This document shows, piece by piece, positions 18,600-29,172 of a DNA stretch of 64,000 bases. The notes beneath the pieces are model-generated. The model had not been told where the DNA came from. It worked only from the letters and a program-made list of their open reading frames with translations, and did no database searches. The position numbers and the translations under genes were made by a program. Location: positions 512,001-576,000 of the forward strand of contig CBDEFM010000002.1 in NCBI GenBank assembly GCA_965237415.1, given 5' to 3'. The DNA comes from Alphaproteobacteria bacterium. GTDB taxonomy: Bacteria; Pseudomonadota; Alphaproteobacteria; UBA828. How positions within the stretch are numbered: the stretch's first letter is position 1; every line of letters starts with the position of its first letter.

Positions 18600-19709
18600 A
18601 TGTCGCGGCTGGAACTCCAGGGCATCTGCAAGGGATGGGACTATCCCATCCTGGACGAGCTCGACCTGACCATCCAGGACGGCGAGTTCTTCTGCATCCT
18701 CGGGCCGTCGGGCATCAGCAAGACGACGCTCCTGCGTATCGTCGCCGGTCTCGAATTGCCGGATGCCGGGCGGGTCATCCTGGGCGGCAAGGACATCACC
18801 GACGTGCCGCCCTATCACCGGCCCGTAGCGCTCACCTTCGAGAGCTACGCGCTCTATCCCCACCGCAGCGTCTTCGACAACATCGCGAGCCCGCTGAGAG
18901 CGCAGAGGCTGCCGCGCGGCGAAATCGAGGCGCGCGTTGTCGAGGTGGCGCGGATCCTGCGCATCGAAGAGCTGCTGCCGCGCCGGCCGAACGAAGCTTC
19001 GGGCGGTCAGATGCAGCGAATCTCGCTCGCGCGCACCCTGGTCAAGCGGCCCGAGGTCTTCCTCCTCGATGAGCCGATCAGCCATCTCGATGCGCGCATC
19101 CGCCATGAGCTGCGCCAGCAGTTCCATCGCCTGCAAGCGCTTCGTGCCGTCGCAACCATCTATGTGACTCACGACTATACGGAAGCGCTCTCGTTGGGCG
19201 ACCGGGTGGGCATCATGGGGCGCGCGGGCCTCGTGCAGACCGGCCTGCCGCGGGACATCTTCGAGCGGCCGAACTCGCTCTTCGTCGCTCAGCATGTGGG
19301 CCAACCGCCCATCAACCTGATCGACTGCGAGCTCCGGCGCGTGGACGGCGCGCTGCGCGTGGAGAGTCAGGAAACGCAGCTCTCCTTCCCGCTAGCCGCC
19401 GACCATGTAGCCACCCTGGAGGCGCGCAACGAGCCGACACTGGTCGCCGGCATCAGGCCGCAACATCTTGAGGCGTTGGATGACGATGCGGATGCGGGCG
19501 ACCGGCAGATGCTCGAAGGCCGCGCCGAGCTTTACGAGGCGCTGGGCTCGATGGGTGTGCTTGTCGTCGATGTCGGCGGCGCGAAGCTCACCGTAATCAC
19601 GGCGCCCCATGCGAATTTGGAGCCGGGTCAGCCGCTCCGGATCGCGCTCAGAACCGAGTGCGTGCACTATTTCGACATGCAGAATGGCGTTTCCCTACTC
19701 GACGGGTGA
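18600..19709 (+). CDS. ABC transporter ATP-binding protein (MalK-like, atypical Walker A)
   Basis: GPSGISKT, SGGQMQR, LLDEP, YVTHD. Confidence 0.88.
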   Translation: MSRLELQGICKGWDYPILDELDLTIQDGEFFCILGPSGISKTTLLRIVAGLELPDAGRVILGGKDITDVPPYHRPVALTFESYALYPHRSVFDNIASPLRAQRLPRGEIEARVVEVARILRIEELLPRRPNEASGGQMQRISLARTLVKRPEVFLLDEPISHLDARIRHELRQQFHRLQALRAVATIYVTHDYTEALSLGDRVGIMGRAGLVQTGLPRDIFERPNSLFVAQHVGQPPINLIDCELRRVDGALRVESQETQLSFPLAADHVATLEARNEPTLVAGIRPQHLEALDDDADAGDRQMLEGRAELYEALGSMGVLVVDVGGAKLTVITAPHANLEPGQPLRIALRTECVHYFDMQNGVSLLDG

Positions 19710-19714
19710 CGGCG

Positions 19715-20815
19715 ATGGCGGAAGTCAGACTCAGCGAGGTCAACAAGGTCTATGAGGGCCGCGGCCAGCAGGTTCACGCGGTGCGTGACCTCGATCTCGT
19801 GGTGGAGGACGGCGAGTTTGTCTCGATCGTGGGGCCGTCGGGCTGCGGCAAGTCCACCACGTTGCGCATGATCGTCGGCCTGGAGAAGGCGACCTCCGGC
19901 CAGATCATGTTCGACGGTGCCATGGTCAACGACCTCGATCCGCAGGCCCGGAACGTCGCAATGGCGTTCGAGAACTACGCGCTCTATCCCAACTTCGACG
20001 CCGAGGAGAATATCGGGTTCCCGCTGGAGGCGAGGGGGGTGCCCAAGCAGGAGCGCCGGCGCCGAGTCCGTGCACTGGCGGAACTCCTCCAGATCGAGAA
20101 TATTCTGCACCAGCGGCCCAACACGCTTTCCGGCGGTCAGAAGCAGCGCGTATCGCTAGCGCGTGCGCTCATCCGCGAGCCCGCCGCGTTCATCCTCGAC
20201 GAGGTGCTGGGCCATGTGGACGGGCACCTGCGCTTCCAGATGCTGTTCGACCTCAAGCGCCTCCACCAGTCGCTCGACAGCACGATGATCTTCGTCACCC
20301 ACGATCAGATGGAGGCGATCGCGCTCTCGGACCGGATCGCCGTGCTCCATCAAGGCCGACTCGTGCAGAGCGGCACGCGGGACGAGCTCTATGACACCCC
20401 CGCGACAAGGTTCGTTGCCGACTTTGTCGGCGAGCCCCCGACCAACTTCTTCGACGCCCGGTTCGCCGAGGAGGGAGGTGAGGGAATCCTGCATGCGGAC
20501 GATCTCGCCCTGCGTCCGACGCCCGAAACCGCAGCCCGTCTGCGCTCTCGCGGCGATGAGCGCTATGTCGTTGGCATCCGTCCGCAAAACCTGTTATGCA
20601 CCCCACGAGCGGGCACGACCAGTTTCGACGCCACGATCGAGATCCATGAATATTTGGGGGAGCGCTCCATCCTCACCCTGCGCCGGGGCCGACACAGTTT
20701 CCAGGCCCTCGCGTCGGCCGAGGGAGCGTGGACTGAGGGCGACCCACTCACGCTCTACTACAGGCCCGACGACATCATGGTGTTCGACGCGGAGTCGGAG
20801 GCCTTAATCGCCTGA
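19715..20815 (+). CDS. ABC transporter ATP-binding protein (MalK-like)
   Basis: GPSGCGKST, LSGGQKQR, FVTHDQ. Confidence 0.9.
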   Translation: MAEVRLSEVNKVYEGRGQQVHAVRDLDLVVEDGEFVSIVGPSGCGKSTTLRMIVGLEKATSGQIMFDGAMVNDLDPQARNVAMAFENYALYPNFDAEENIGFPLEARGVPKQERRRRVRALAELLQIENILHQRPNTLSGGQKQRVSLARALIREPAAFILDEVLGHVDGHLRFQMLFDLKRLHQSLDSTMIFVTHDQMEAIALSDRIAVLHQGRLVQSGTRDELYDTPATRFVADFVGEPPTNFFDARFAEEGGEGILHADDLALRPTPETAARLRSRGDERYVVGIRPQNLLCTPRAGTTSFDATIEIHEYLGERSILTLRRGRHSFQALASAEGAWTEGDPLTLYYRPDDIMVFDAESEALIA

Positions 20816-20878
20816 GCGCGGCCGGGCGGAGTACCGAGCGGCAATGTTTCTGGGTTGAAAGCATGAAGGAGACAAGCA

Positions 20879-22426
20879 ATGGGTATGTTTAGCCACATCA
20901 CGCGGCGAAAGTTCCTGAAGGGCGCAGCGGCCGGCGCGGCGGCTCTCGGTGCCTCGGGTGTTGCGGCGCCGCGTCTCGGCCGTGCGGCCCAGGCAGTGCC
21001 GCCTGGCAAGAAGCTCTTCAACGACATCGAGCTCACCTACTTTCAGGATTCCAACTGGCTCCATGCGCCGCTCTGGCTTTCCGACCATCTGATGGCGGAG
21101 GCGGGCGTCGGCATCAAGAGCCGGGAGCAGTACGACGGTGGCGATGCGGTCGCCAAGATTCTGCCGCAGCTCCTCTCGCGCAACCCGCGCTTCGACTGGT
21201 TCCAGTTCCCGAGCCTGTTCTTCGGCGCATTCGCCGAAACCGGCCAGCTCGAGCCGCTGGATAAGTATCTGGAGAAGTACGAGGGCACGTCGGAGTATCT
21301 GGACTGGGTTATGCCCGCCTACAGCGAGTTCTATACGAAGTGGGCCGGCCAGACCTACGGCATCATGCTCGATGGCGATATCCACATCCTCCACTACCGC
21401 AAGTCCTTCTTCGAGCGGCCGGAGCTTCAGAAGAAGTTCTCCAAGCGCTTCCAGCGTGATCTCGCCGTGCCGAAGACTTGGTTCGAGTTCCTCGATGCGA
21501 CGCAGTTCTTCACCGAGGAGCTTAGCGAATCCGAGGGCGTGTACGGCTCCTCCATGGTCATCAATCCGCCGAACTTCGGCTGGGGCTTCTGGATGGACGT
21601 CGCCGCGGGCAACGGGGTCAACTATTTCGACGAGAACATGAACCCCACGATCAACACGGCACAGGCCGTCGAGGCGCTCGACCTCTTCAAGGAGATCGTC
21701 CAGTTCGGCCCTCCGGGCAAGGAGTCCCTGGGTCTCTCCACCAGCATCCAGCGCTGGCAGTCGGGCGGCGACGTGATGTCGATCTGGTGGATCGACCTCG
21801 CCGAGTTCACGGTGCAGCAGCAGGGCATGGAGCGCGCCGAGGATCAGCGCGGCGACATCGTTCCCGGCTGGCCGCAAGAAGACGGCTCCATCAACCACCG
21901 CGCGATCTCGCTCTGGTGCCGCACCGGCGCCATTCCGAAGAACGCACCGGAGGACGTGAAGGAAGCCGCGTTCTACTTCCTCTACCGGATGTCGCATCCG
22001 GACTACTCGGATGACATCGTGGCGGACGAGTATTGCGGCTCCGATCCGTTCGGTCTGAGCCACTACACCGACGCCGCAGCGCAGAAGTATCTGGAGCCCA
22101 ATCCGCAGCGTGGGACTACCGACCTCTGGGCCACGAACTCGGGTATCTTCCAGAACTTCGACACGGCGCGGAACCATCTCGACGCGGGCCTGAAGAACGT
22201 CGAGGTCGGTTATCCTCAGTTCTTCTGGGAGGGTGCCTCCGAGTACGGCGATGCGCTTGGCCGAAATATCCAGAAGGCAATCGCCGGCCGGCTCACCAGC
22301 CAGCAGGCGCTCGACGAGGCGGCCGAGGAATGGGTCCAGATCGTGCAGAAGCTGGGCATCGATAGTCAGATGGCCCAATACGCCAACTTTGTGCAGGGCG
22401 CTCGTTCGCTCGGCTACAAGATCTGA
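20879..22426 (+). CDS. Tat-exported extracellular solute-binding protein (family 1)
   Basis: TRRKFLK Tat motif; LHYRK; last gene of the ABC cluster. Confidence 0.88.
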   Translation: MGMFSHITRRKFLKGAAAGAAALGASGVAAPRLGRAAQAVPPGKKLFNDIELTYFQDSNWLHAPLWLSDHLMAEAGVGIKSREQYDGGDAVAKILPQLLSRNPRFDWFQFPSLFFGAFAETGQLEPLDKYLEKYEGTSEYLDWVMPAYSEFYTKWAGQTYGIMLDGDIHILHYRKSFFERPELQKKFSKRFQRDLAVPKTWFEFLDATQFFTEELSESEGVYGSSMVINPPNFGWGFWMDVAAGNGVNYFDENMNPTINTAQAVEALDLFKEIVQFGPPGKESLGLSTSIQRWQSGGDVMSIWWIDLAEFTVQQQGMERAEDQRGDIVPGWPQEDGSINHRAISLWCRTGAIPKNAPEDVKEAAFYFLYRMSHPDYSDDIVADEYCGSDPFGLSHYTDAAAQKYLEPNPQRGTTDLWATNSGIFQNFDTARNHLDAGLKNVEVGYPQFFWEGASEYGDALGRNIQKAIAGRLTSQQALDEAAEEWVQIVQKLGIDSQMAQYANFVQGARSLGYKI

Positions 22427-22439
22427 CGAAACACCAGGT

Positions 22440-22486
22440 GGCCGCGGTGCCGTGCCTTTCGGGCGCGATGCCGCGGCCCTTTGTTT
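22440..22486 (+). terminator. Probable intrinsic terminator
   Basis: GGCCGCGG...CCGCGGCC stem followed by CTTTGTTT. Confidence 0.55.
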
Positions 22487-22557
22487 GGCGCGTTGCGGGC
22501 CACCGGAGGTTTGGAAGCGGGGCTAAAGGACCGTTCCCCTCTTCCTGAGAGCAGCCG

Positions 22558-24165
22558 ATGAATCAGCGAGGACCCCACATCAGTCGTCACGGACTGGACC
22601 GACACGGCATCGGCAACGTCGCCGCTGCCCACTGGAATTATCGCAGACCCGCCCTCTACGAAGAATCGGTGCGCCGCGGCGAGGCGCAGATCGCCGAGGG
22701 CGGCGCACTTATCGCGATGACCGGCGCCCACACGGGGCGTTCGCCCAACGACAAGTACATCGTGCGCGAGCCGTCCTCCGAGCACGACATCTGGTGGGGC
22801 GACGTCAATCGCCCGATCTCGAGGGACGCCTTCAACGACATCCATGGCCGCGTGGCGGCCTATCTTCAGGGCAAGGAGGTCTTCGTCCAGGACTGCCATG
22901 CCGGCGCCGCTCAGGGCTACCGGCTGCCGATCCGCGTCGTCTCAGAGCTGGCGTGGCACAGCCTGTTCGCACGTAATCTGTTCATAACGCCGGCAGACGA
23001 GGATTTGGCGGATCACGAACCGCAGTTCACCATCCTTCAGGTGCCGGGCTTCAAGGCGCGTCCCGAGACCGACGGGACCAACTCCGAGACCGTGGTGCTG
23101 CTGGATTTCGCCCGGCGCCTGGTGCTCATCGGCGGCACCGCCTACGCCGGCGAGTGCAAGAAGTCGGTCTTCACCATTATGAACTACCTCATGCCGGCAC
23201 GCGACGTGCTGCCCATGCACTGTTCCGTCAGTGTCGGGGAGGACGGCACCCCTGCGGTCTTCTTTGGTCTCTCCGGCACCGGCAAGACCACGCTCTCCGC
23301 CGACCCGCACAGGATGCTTCTCGGCGACGACGAGCACGGCTGGAGCCAGGATGGCCTCTTCAACTTCGAAGGCGGCTGCTACGCCAAGGTGATTCACCTC
23401 TCAGCAAGCGCCGAGCCCGCGATCCACGCCACCACACGGATGTTCGGCACCGTGCTCGAGAACGTCGTGATGGATCCAGACACGCACATCCTCGATCTCG
23501 ACGACGGTAGTCATACCGAGAACACCAGGGGCGCCTATCCGCTGGCATCGATCCCGAACGCGAGTTCTACCGGCGTCTCCGATCACCCGACCAACATTGT
23601 CATGTTGACTGCGGACGCCTTCGGTGTACTGCCGCCCATTGCCCGTCTCACCCCGGAGCAGGCGATCTATCACTTCCTCTCCGGCTACACGGCGAAGGTT
23701 GCCGGGACGGAGAGGGGCCTCGGGCGGGAGCCGCAGGCGACCTTCTCCACCTGTTTCGGGGCTCCCTTCATGCCGCGACGCCCGACAACCTATGCGCGCC
23801 TGCTGCGCGAGCGGATCGCGATGACCGGCGCCGTGTGTTGGCTGGTCAATACCGGCTGGACGGGCGGCCCCTACGGCACCGGCGAGCGCATGGAAATCGG
23901 CCACACACGGGCCCTGCTCAGTGCTGCGTTGGAAGGTAAACTCGACGGCGTGGCCTGCTCGCGCGATAACCCGTTCGGCCTGGCCGTGCCCAGGCACTGC
24001 CCGGGAGTACCGGATACGGTGCTCGACGCTCGCGGCACCTGGGCGGACAAGAATGCCTATGACGAGCAGGCCCGCGATTTGGTGGGCCGCTTCCACGCCA
24101 ACTTCACCCAGTTTTCCCGCGAGGTCGACAAAGGGGTCCAGGCGGCCGCGCCGATGGCCGCCTGA
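22558..24165 (+). CDS. pckA: Phosphoenolpyruvate carboxykinase (ATP)
   Basis: [39 protein letters not shown]. Confidence 0.97.
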   Translation: MNQRGPHISRHGLDRHGIGNVAAAHWNYRRPALYEESVRRGEAQIAEGGALIAMTGAHTGRSPNDKYIVREPSSEHDIWWGDVNRPISRDAFNDIHGRVAAYLQGKEVFVQDCHAGAAQGYRLPIRVVSELAWHSLFARNLFITPADEDLADHEPQFTILQVPGFKARPETDGTNSETVVLLDFARRLVLIGGTAYAGECKKSVFTIMNYLMPARDVLPMHCSVSVGEDGTPAVFFGLSGTGKTTLSADPHRMLLGDDEHGWSQDGLFNFEGGCYAKVIHLSASAEPAIHATTRMFGTVLENVVMDPDTHILDLDDGSHTENTRGAYPLASIPNASSTGVSDHPTNIVMLTADAFGVLPPIARLTPEQAIYHFLSGYTAKVAGTERGLGREPQATFSTCFGAPFMPRRPTTYARLLRERIAMTGAVCWLVNTGWTGGPYGTGERMEIGHTRALLSAALEGKLDGVACSRDNPFGLAVPRHCPGVPDTVLDARGTWADKNAYDEQARDLVGRFHANFTQFSREVDKGVQAAAPMAA

Positions 24166-24267
24166 CTCGGGCGGTCTTGTCTCTCTTCACCCGAAGCACC
24201 ACGTTGGCTGTAGGGTGCGTTCGCAGACCGCACGGCCGGTGCAGGTATCGTCAGGATGGATGACTCC

Positions 24268-25770
24268 ATGAAGATTGCATTTTCCGAGATTTCGACGCCA
24301 TCCAAGGGTGTCATTGCCGTTGGCGTGACGGAGGATCGCACCCTGGGCGCCACGGCGCGCGCGCTCGACGAGCAGAGCGGCGGCGTGCTTGGCCGTGCGC
24401 TTGCCGCCGGCCGCTTCACCGGTAAGCGGGGGACGTCCACCACGATCGTCGCTCCTCATGGGCTAGAGGTCGATGCCGTAACCCTGGTCGGCCTCGGTCA
24501 ACCGGGGAAGATCGACGGCCGCCAGCTGCGGGCGCTCGGCGGAGCGGTTGTCGGCAAGATGAACGCCGCGGGCGCGAAGACGGGCGCCATTGCCGTGGAT
24601 GCGGTCGACGGTGCGGCCATGACGCCACCCGCGATGGCGGCGGAGATCGCCCTCGGCGCGCGTCTCGGCAGCTACAGCTTCGACAAGTATCACACCAAGA
24701 AGAAGGAAGAGGACATGAAGTCACTCGGCCGGTTGACCGTGATGCTCGACGAGCCGGCGGCGGCGGAAGGCGCCTTCGCGCCCAACGGCTGCCTCGCCGA
24801 CGGCGTCTTCGTCACACGCGATCTGGTCTCCGAGCCAAGCAACGTCAAGTATCCCAAGACCATCACCCAGGATATCGAGGCCCTGGTCGAGGACGGGATC
24901 GAAGTGGAACTCTTCGACCGGGAGAGGATGGCGTCGCTCGGCATGGGATCGCTGCTCGGCGTCGCCCAGGGCAGCGAGCGCGAACCCTACCTCGCCATCA
25001 TGCGCTGGAACGGTGCGCCCGAGGGAGCCGACGCGCAGCCTGTCGCCTTCGTCGGCAAGGGGGTGACCTTCGATACCGGCGGCATCTCCATCAAGCCGAG
25101 CCAGGGCATGGAGGAGATGAAATACGACATGGCCGGCGCGGCGACCGTGATCGGACTGATGAAGTGTCTGGCCGGCCGCAAGGCCCGGGTCAACGCGATC
25201 GGAGTCGTGGGGCTGGTCGAGAACATGCCGGATGGCAAAGCGCAGCGCCCGGGCGACGTTGTCACTTCCATGTCGGGCCAGACCATCGAGGTTATCAACA
25301 CCGATGCCGAAGGGCGCCTCGTGCTCGCCGATGCGCTCTGGTACACCCAGGCGACCTTCAAGCCTAAGTTTATTGTCGATCTCGCGACGTTGACCGGCGC
25401 CGTCATCATCAGCCTCGGCACCTACCAGGCGGGCCTCTTCAGCAACGACGACGAGCTGTCGGAGCGGCTGATCGCTGCGGGCAAGGAGAGCGGCGAGGAG
25501 GTCTGGCGCCTGCCGCTCGGCGAGCGCTACGACAAGGACATCGACTCGGCCATTGCGGACATGAAGAACGTCGGCAAGGGGCGGGAAGCCGGCAGCGTGA
25601 CCGCCGCGCAGTTCCTGCAACGCTTTGTCAACGATGTGCCGTGGGCCCACCTCGATATCGCGGGCATGGCGTGGATGAAGCGCGGCGACGATCCGACCGT
25701 GCCGAAGGGCGCGTCCGGCTACGGTGTGCGGCTTCTCGATCAATTGATCCGCGCGCACTACGAGGCCTGA
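24268..25770 (+). CDS. pepA: Leucyl aminopeptidase
   Basis: GKGVTFDTGG, MKYDMAG, NTDAEGRL, ATLTGA, HLDIAG. Confidence 0.96.
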   Translation: MKIAFSEISTPSKGVIAVGVTEDRTLGATARALDEQSGGVLGRALAAGRFTGKRGTSTTIVAPHGLEVDAVTLVGLGQPGKIDGRQLRALGGAVVGKMNAAGAKTGAIAVDAVDGAAMTPPAMAAEIALGARLGSYSFDKYHTKKKEEDMKSLGRLTVMLDEPAAAEGAFAPNGCLADGVFVTRDLVSEPSNVKYPKTITQDIEALVEDGIEVELFDRERMASLGMGSLLGVAQGSEREPYLAIMRWNGAPEGADAQPVAFVGKGVTFDTGGISIKPSQGMEEMKYDMAGAATVIGLMKCLAGRKARVNAIGVVGLVENMPDGKAQRPGDVVTSMSGQTIEVINTDAEGRLVLADALWYTQATFKPKFIVDLATLTGAVIISLGTYQAGLFSNDDELSERLIAAGKESGEEVWRLPLGERYDKDIDSAIADMKNVGKGREAGSVTAAQFLQRFVNDVPWAHLDIAGMAWMKRGDDPTVPKGASGYGVRLLDQLIRAHYEA

Positions 25771-25779
25771 AGCCCGGCA

Positions 25780-26229
25780 ATGGTCGAGATCGCCTTCTAC
25801 CAGCTTCGCCGCACGCCGTTGGAGAAAGCGCTCCCGAAACTCTTGGAGAAAGTGCTGGAGAGCGGCCGCCGCGCCGTGGTGCTCGCTGCGTCGGAGGAGC
25901 GCGCGGAAGCGCTGAACGCAGCGCTCTGGACCTACGATCAGGGCTCGTTCCTGCCCCACGGCACGGCGCGGGACGGCCGGCCCGAGCGCCAGCCGATCTT
26001 CCTTGCGACCGACGACATCAATCCCAATGGCGCCCAGGTCGCCGTCATGGTCGATGGCGTCGCCCCAGCCGATCCCAGCCGTTTCGAGCGCTGCCTCGAC
26101 ATGTTCGACGGGACCGATCCGGCGGCGCTCGAGGCGGCCCGCGGCAGGTGGCGGGCGCACAAGGACAGCGGCGATACAGTCACCTATTGGGAGCAAACCC
26201 AGGGCGGGGCATGGGAGCGGCGGGCGTAG
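25780..26229 (+). CDS. holC: DNA polymerase III subunit chi
   Basis: FYQL, LWTY..SFLPHG, ARGRW; downstream of pepA. Confidence 0.92.
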   Translation: MVEIAFYQLRRTPLEKALPKLLEKVLESGRRAVVLAASEERAEALNAALWTYDQGSFLPHGTARDGRPERQPIFLATDDINPNGAQVAVMVDGVAPADPSRFERCLDMFDGTDPAALEAARGRWRAHKDSGDTVTYWEQTQGGAWERRA

Positions 26230-26243
26230 ACCGGTCGAAGACT

Positions 26244-27617
26244 GTGACCGACAGGATCAGAGCAGATCTCTGCGTGATCGGGGCCGGATCGGGCGGGCTT
26301 TCGATTGCTGCCGGCGCCGTCCAGATGGGCGCCTCAGTGATCCTGATCGAGCAGTCCCGGATGGGCGGGGAGTGCCTGAACACGGGATGCGTTCCCTCCA
26401 AGGCTTTGCTGGCCGCAGCCGCGCGGGGCGACGATTTCGCCGCCGCCTACGACCACATGCGCCAGGTGATCGCTGCCATCGAGCCTCATGACTCGGCCGA
26501 GCGCTTCCGCGGTCTCGGCGCCCACGTGGTACTCGGCAAGGCCCAGTTCGTCGCGCCGCGCTTCCTGAAGGTCGGCGATACCAGCGTCACCGCGCGGCGC
26601 TTCATCGTCGCGACCGGCTCCGCGCCCGTTATCCCCTCGATTCCGGGCCTCGATTCGGTCCCCTATTTCACCAATGAGACACTGTTCGATTCGGCGCCTG
26701 AGCCGCGCCATCTGCTGGTGCTGGGCGGCGGCCCGGTCGGAGTCGAGATGGCCCAGGCCTACCGCCGGCTAGGCGCCGAGGTCACGCTGGTCGAGAGGAA
26801 GCGGCTGCTCGGGCGCGACGATCCGGAGCTCGTGGCCATCGTGCGCGCGCAGCTGATCGAGGACGGCGTGACGATCCACGAGGAGACTCCGGTCACGGCC
26901 GTCGAGGCGGACGGCGCCGGCGTCGCGCTCACCTGCGGCTCGGGCGATGCGAGCCTGCGACTCTCCGGCACTCATTTGCTCGTGGCGGCGGGCCGGCGGC
27001 CGAAGATCGACGGACTCGGGCTGGAGGACGCCGGTGTTGCGCTTAACGACGGCGTGCCCCTGATCGACGCCCGTCTGCGAACGACGAACAAGCGAATCTT
27101 CGCGATTGGCGACGTCGTCGGCCCCTACCGTTTTACCCATACGGCAAGCTATCAGGCGCGAATCGTGATCACGAACGCGCTCTTCCGGCTTCCGGCGCGG
27201 GTCCGCTACGACGCGGTGCCGTGGGTCACCTATACCGATCCCGAGCTCGCCCATGTCGGCCTGAGCGAGGCGGAGGCACGCGCCAAGGGCAACGAGGTGC
27301 GCATCCTGCGCTTCCCGTTCGAGGAGAACGACCGTGCCATCGCCGAGGGTGCCACAAGTGGGCTGGTCAAGGTCGTGGCGACTCCGCGCGGCCGGGTGCT
27401 CGGCGCCTCCATCGTCGGCGCCCATGCCGGCGAGCTGATCCTCCCGTGGGTCCTGGCCGTGAAGTACCGGCTTGGAGTGGGCAAGCTGGCGCAGGCGATC
27501 GTGCCTTACCCGACGCTGAGCGAGGCCAGCGCACGCGCCGCCGGGAGCTTCCATGCGCCGATGCTGTTCGGCCCGCGCACCAAGCGTCTGGTCCGTTTGC
27601 TCGCCCGCCTGGGGTAA
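26244..27617 (+). CDS. Pyridine nucleotide-disulfide oxidoreductase (LpdA/MerA-like)
   Basis: GAGSGG, GGECLNTGCVPSK, TYTDPE, PYPT. Confidence 0.85.
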   Translation: MTDRIRADLCVIGAGSGGLSIAAGAVQMGASVILIEQSRMGGECLNTGCVPSKALLAAAARGDDFAAAYDHMRQVIAAIEPHDSAERFRGLGAHVVLGKAQFVAPRFLKVGDTSVTARRFIVATGSAPVIPSIPGLDSVPYFTNETLFDSAPEPRHLLVLGGGPVGVEMAQAYRRLGAEVTLVERKRLLGRDDPELVAIVRAQLIEDGVTIHEETPVTAVEADGAGVALTCGSGDASLRLSGTHLLVAAGRRPKIDGLGLEDAGVALNDGVPLIDARLRTTNKRIFAIGDVVGPYRFTHTASYQARIVITNALFRLPARVRYDAVPWVTYTDPELAHVGLSEAEARAKGNEVRILRFPFEENDRAIAEGATSGLVKVVATPRGRVLGASIVGAHAGELILPWVLAVKYRLGVGKLAQAIVPYPTLSEASARAAGSFHAPMLFGPRTKRLVRLLARLG

Positions 27618-27700
27618 TCGCCCGCGGTCGGCGTGGCGCTCGCCAGTCGCCGGCTCTATAGTCGAGCAGGCGAAGCAACGGGCGATCGCTCCAGAACGCC

Positions 27701-29146
27701 GTGACTGGGTTTTCCTCTTCGGTCCTGTCGCGGGCCGCCAGCGGCCTCTCGGCGCGGCTGCTCGTGCTCACGGTGCTCTTCGTCCTCTTGGGCGAAATCT
27801 TCATTTACGTCCCGTCGATCGCGCGTCACCGGTTGGTCTTTCTCGAAGAGCGGATCGATGCTGCCCGGATCGCGGCCCTGGCGGTCGAAGCATCGCCGGA
27901 TGGCATGGTGACTGAGGAGCTCCGCGCCGCCCTCCTGGCCCGCGCAGGCGTGACGACAGTCTCCCTCAAGCGGCCAGGCTCGCGCCGGCTCGTGCTTGCC
28001 GGCGACATGCCAGTGACCATCGATGCGAGCTTCGATTTGCGCGAAGCCACGCCGATGCGCCTGATCGGGCAGGCCGCCGATGCGCTGCGCCACGGCGGCG
28101 AGCGGACGATCCGGGTGATGGGCGTAGCACCCGGCGATCCATCCGACACGGTGGTCGACATCGTGCTGCCGGAAGCCCCGATGTTCGCGTCGATGCTCGA
28201 CTATTCGGGGCGGATCCTGTTGCTCTCCATCATCCTCGCCTTCGTTGTTGCGGGTCTGGTCTATCTCTCGCTGCACTGGCTCATGGTTCTGCCGCTCGGT
28301 CGCATTACCGACAGCCTGGTCTCGTTCCGCCGCGCGCCGGAAGATGATGCCGCGACCGTCAAGGTCAGCGGCAGGCGCGACGAAATCGGCCTCGCGCAGC
28401 GGGAGCTTCAGGTCATGCAGCGGCGTGTGCGCGCGGCGCTCCGGCAGCGGGCGCGGCTCGCCGCCGTCGGTGCCGGCGTCGCCAAGATCAACCATGATCT
28501 CCGCAACATGCTGGCCACAGCCGCCGTATTGACCGACCGCCTGGCGGCGGCGCGCAACCCGGAGGTGCAGAAGCTCGCGCACCCTCTCGTCGCGGCGATC
28601 GACCGGGCCATCGCGCTCTGCACCCATACGCTCAGCTTCGCAACAGGTCGCCTGCCGGCGCCCAGTCGCACGTCGTTCGCGCTCGCGCCTCTGGTCGACG
28701 ACGTGCGGGCGGCATTTCCCATCGGCGATGGCGACCCGGTCTCTTGGCAGAACGAAGTATCCTCGGAGCTGATTGTCACCGCCGACCGCGACCAGCTCTA
28801 CCGGGTCATCATCAATCTGGCGCAGAACGCGGTGCAGGCGCTGGCTTGCCGTGAGGGGGGCGGGACGGTGCGCGTGAGCGCCTGGCGCGATGCAGGCGGT
28901 ACGGTCATCGAGATCGCCGATACGGGTCCTGGCATTCCCGCCTCGGTGCGCGACCGCATGTTCGAAGCCTTTGCCGAGGGCGGCCGCAGCGAAGGCACGG
29001 GCCTCGGCCTCGCCATCGCGCGCGACCTCATGCGCAACCATGGCGGCGATATTCACCTCGAACGGTCGGATCCCTCGGGCACCGTTTTCAGGCTGCGCAT
29101 ACCCGATACTCCCGATCGGGACGTCGCCGAGAAACCCGACGGATGA
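27701..29146 (+). CDS. Membrane sensor histidine kinase (orphan)
   Basis: 2 TM, HAMP, KINHDLRN, DTGPG, GTGLGLAI. Confidence 0.9.
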   Translation: MTGFSSSVLSRAASGLSARLLVLTVLFVLLGEIFIYVPSIARHRLVFLEERIDAARIAALAVEASPDGMVTEELRAALLARAGVTTVSLKRPGSRRLVLAGDMPVTIDASFDLREATPMRLIGQAADALRHGGERTIRVMGVAPGDPSDTVVDIVLPEAPMFASMLDYSGRILLLSIILAFVVAGLVYLSLHWLMVLPLGRITDSLVSFRRAPEDDAATVKVSGRRDEIGLAQRELQVMQRRVRAALRQRARLAAVGAGVAKINHDLRNMLATAAVLTDRLAAARNPEVQKLAHPLVAAIDRAIALCTHTLSFATGRLPAPSRTSFALAPLVDDVRAAFPIGDGDPVSWQNEVSSELIVTADRDQLYRVIINLAQNAVQALACREGGGTVRVSAWRDAGGTVIEIADTGPGIPASVRDRMFEAFAEGGRSEGTGLGLAIARDLMRNHGGDIHLERSDPSGTVFRLRIPDTPDRDVAEKPDG

Positions 29147-29172
29147 GGGGATAGCGGCTCTCGGGCGTTGGT

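Noticed and set aside
20804-22378. Long antisense ORFs (also 24721-26196, 41173-43248, 48395-50053 and others)
   Set aside because: Expected stop-poor shadows of real genes in high-GC DNA; no motifs or RBS.
26244-27617. Calling it merA
   Set aside because: No C-terminal Cys-Cys, no NmerA domain, no mer operon.
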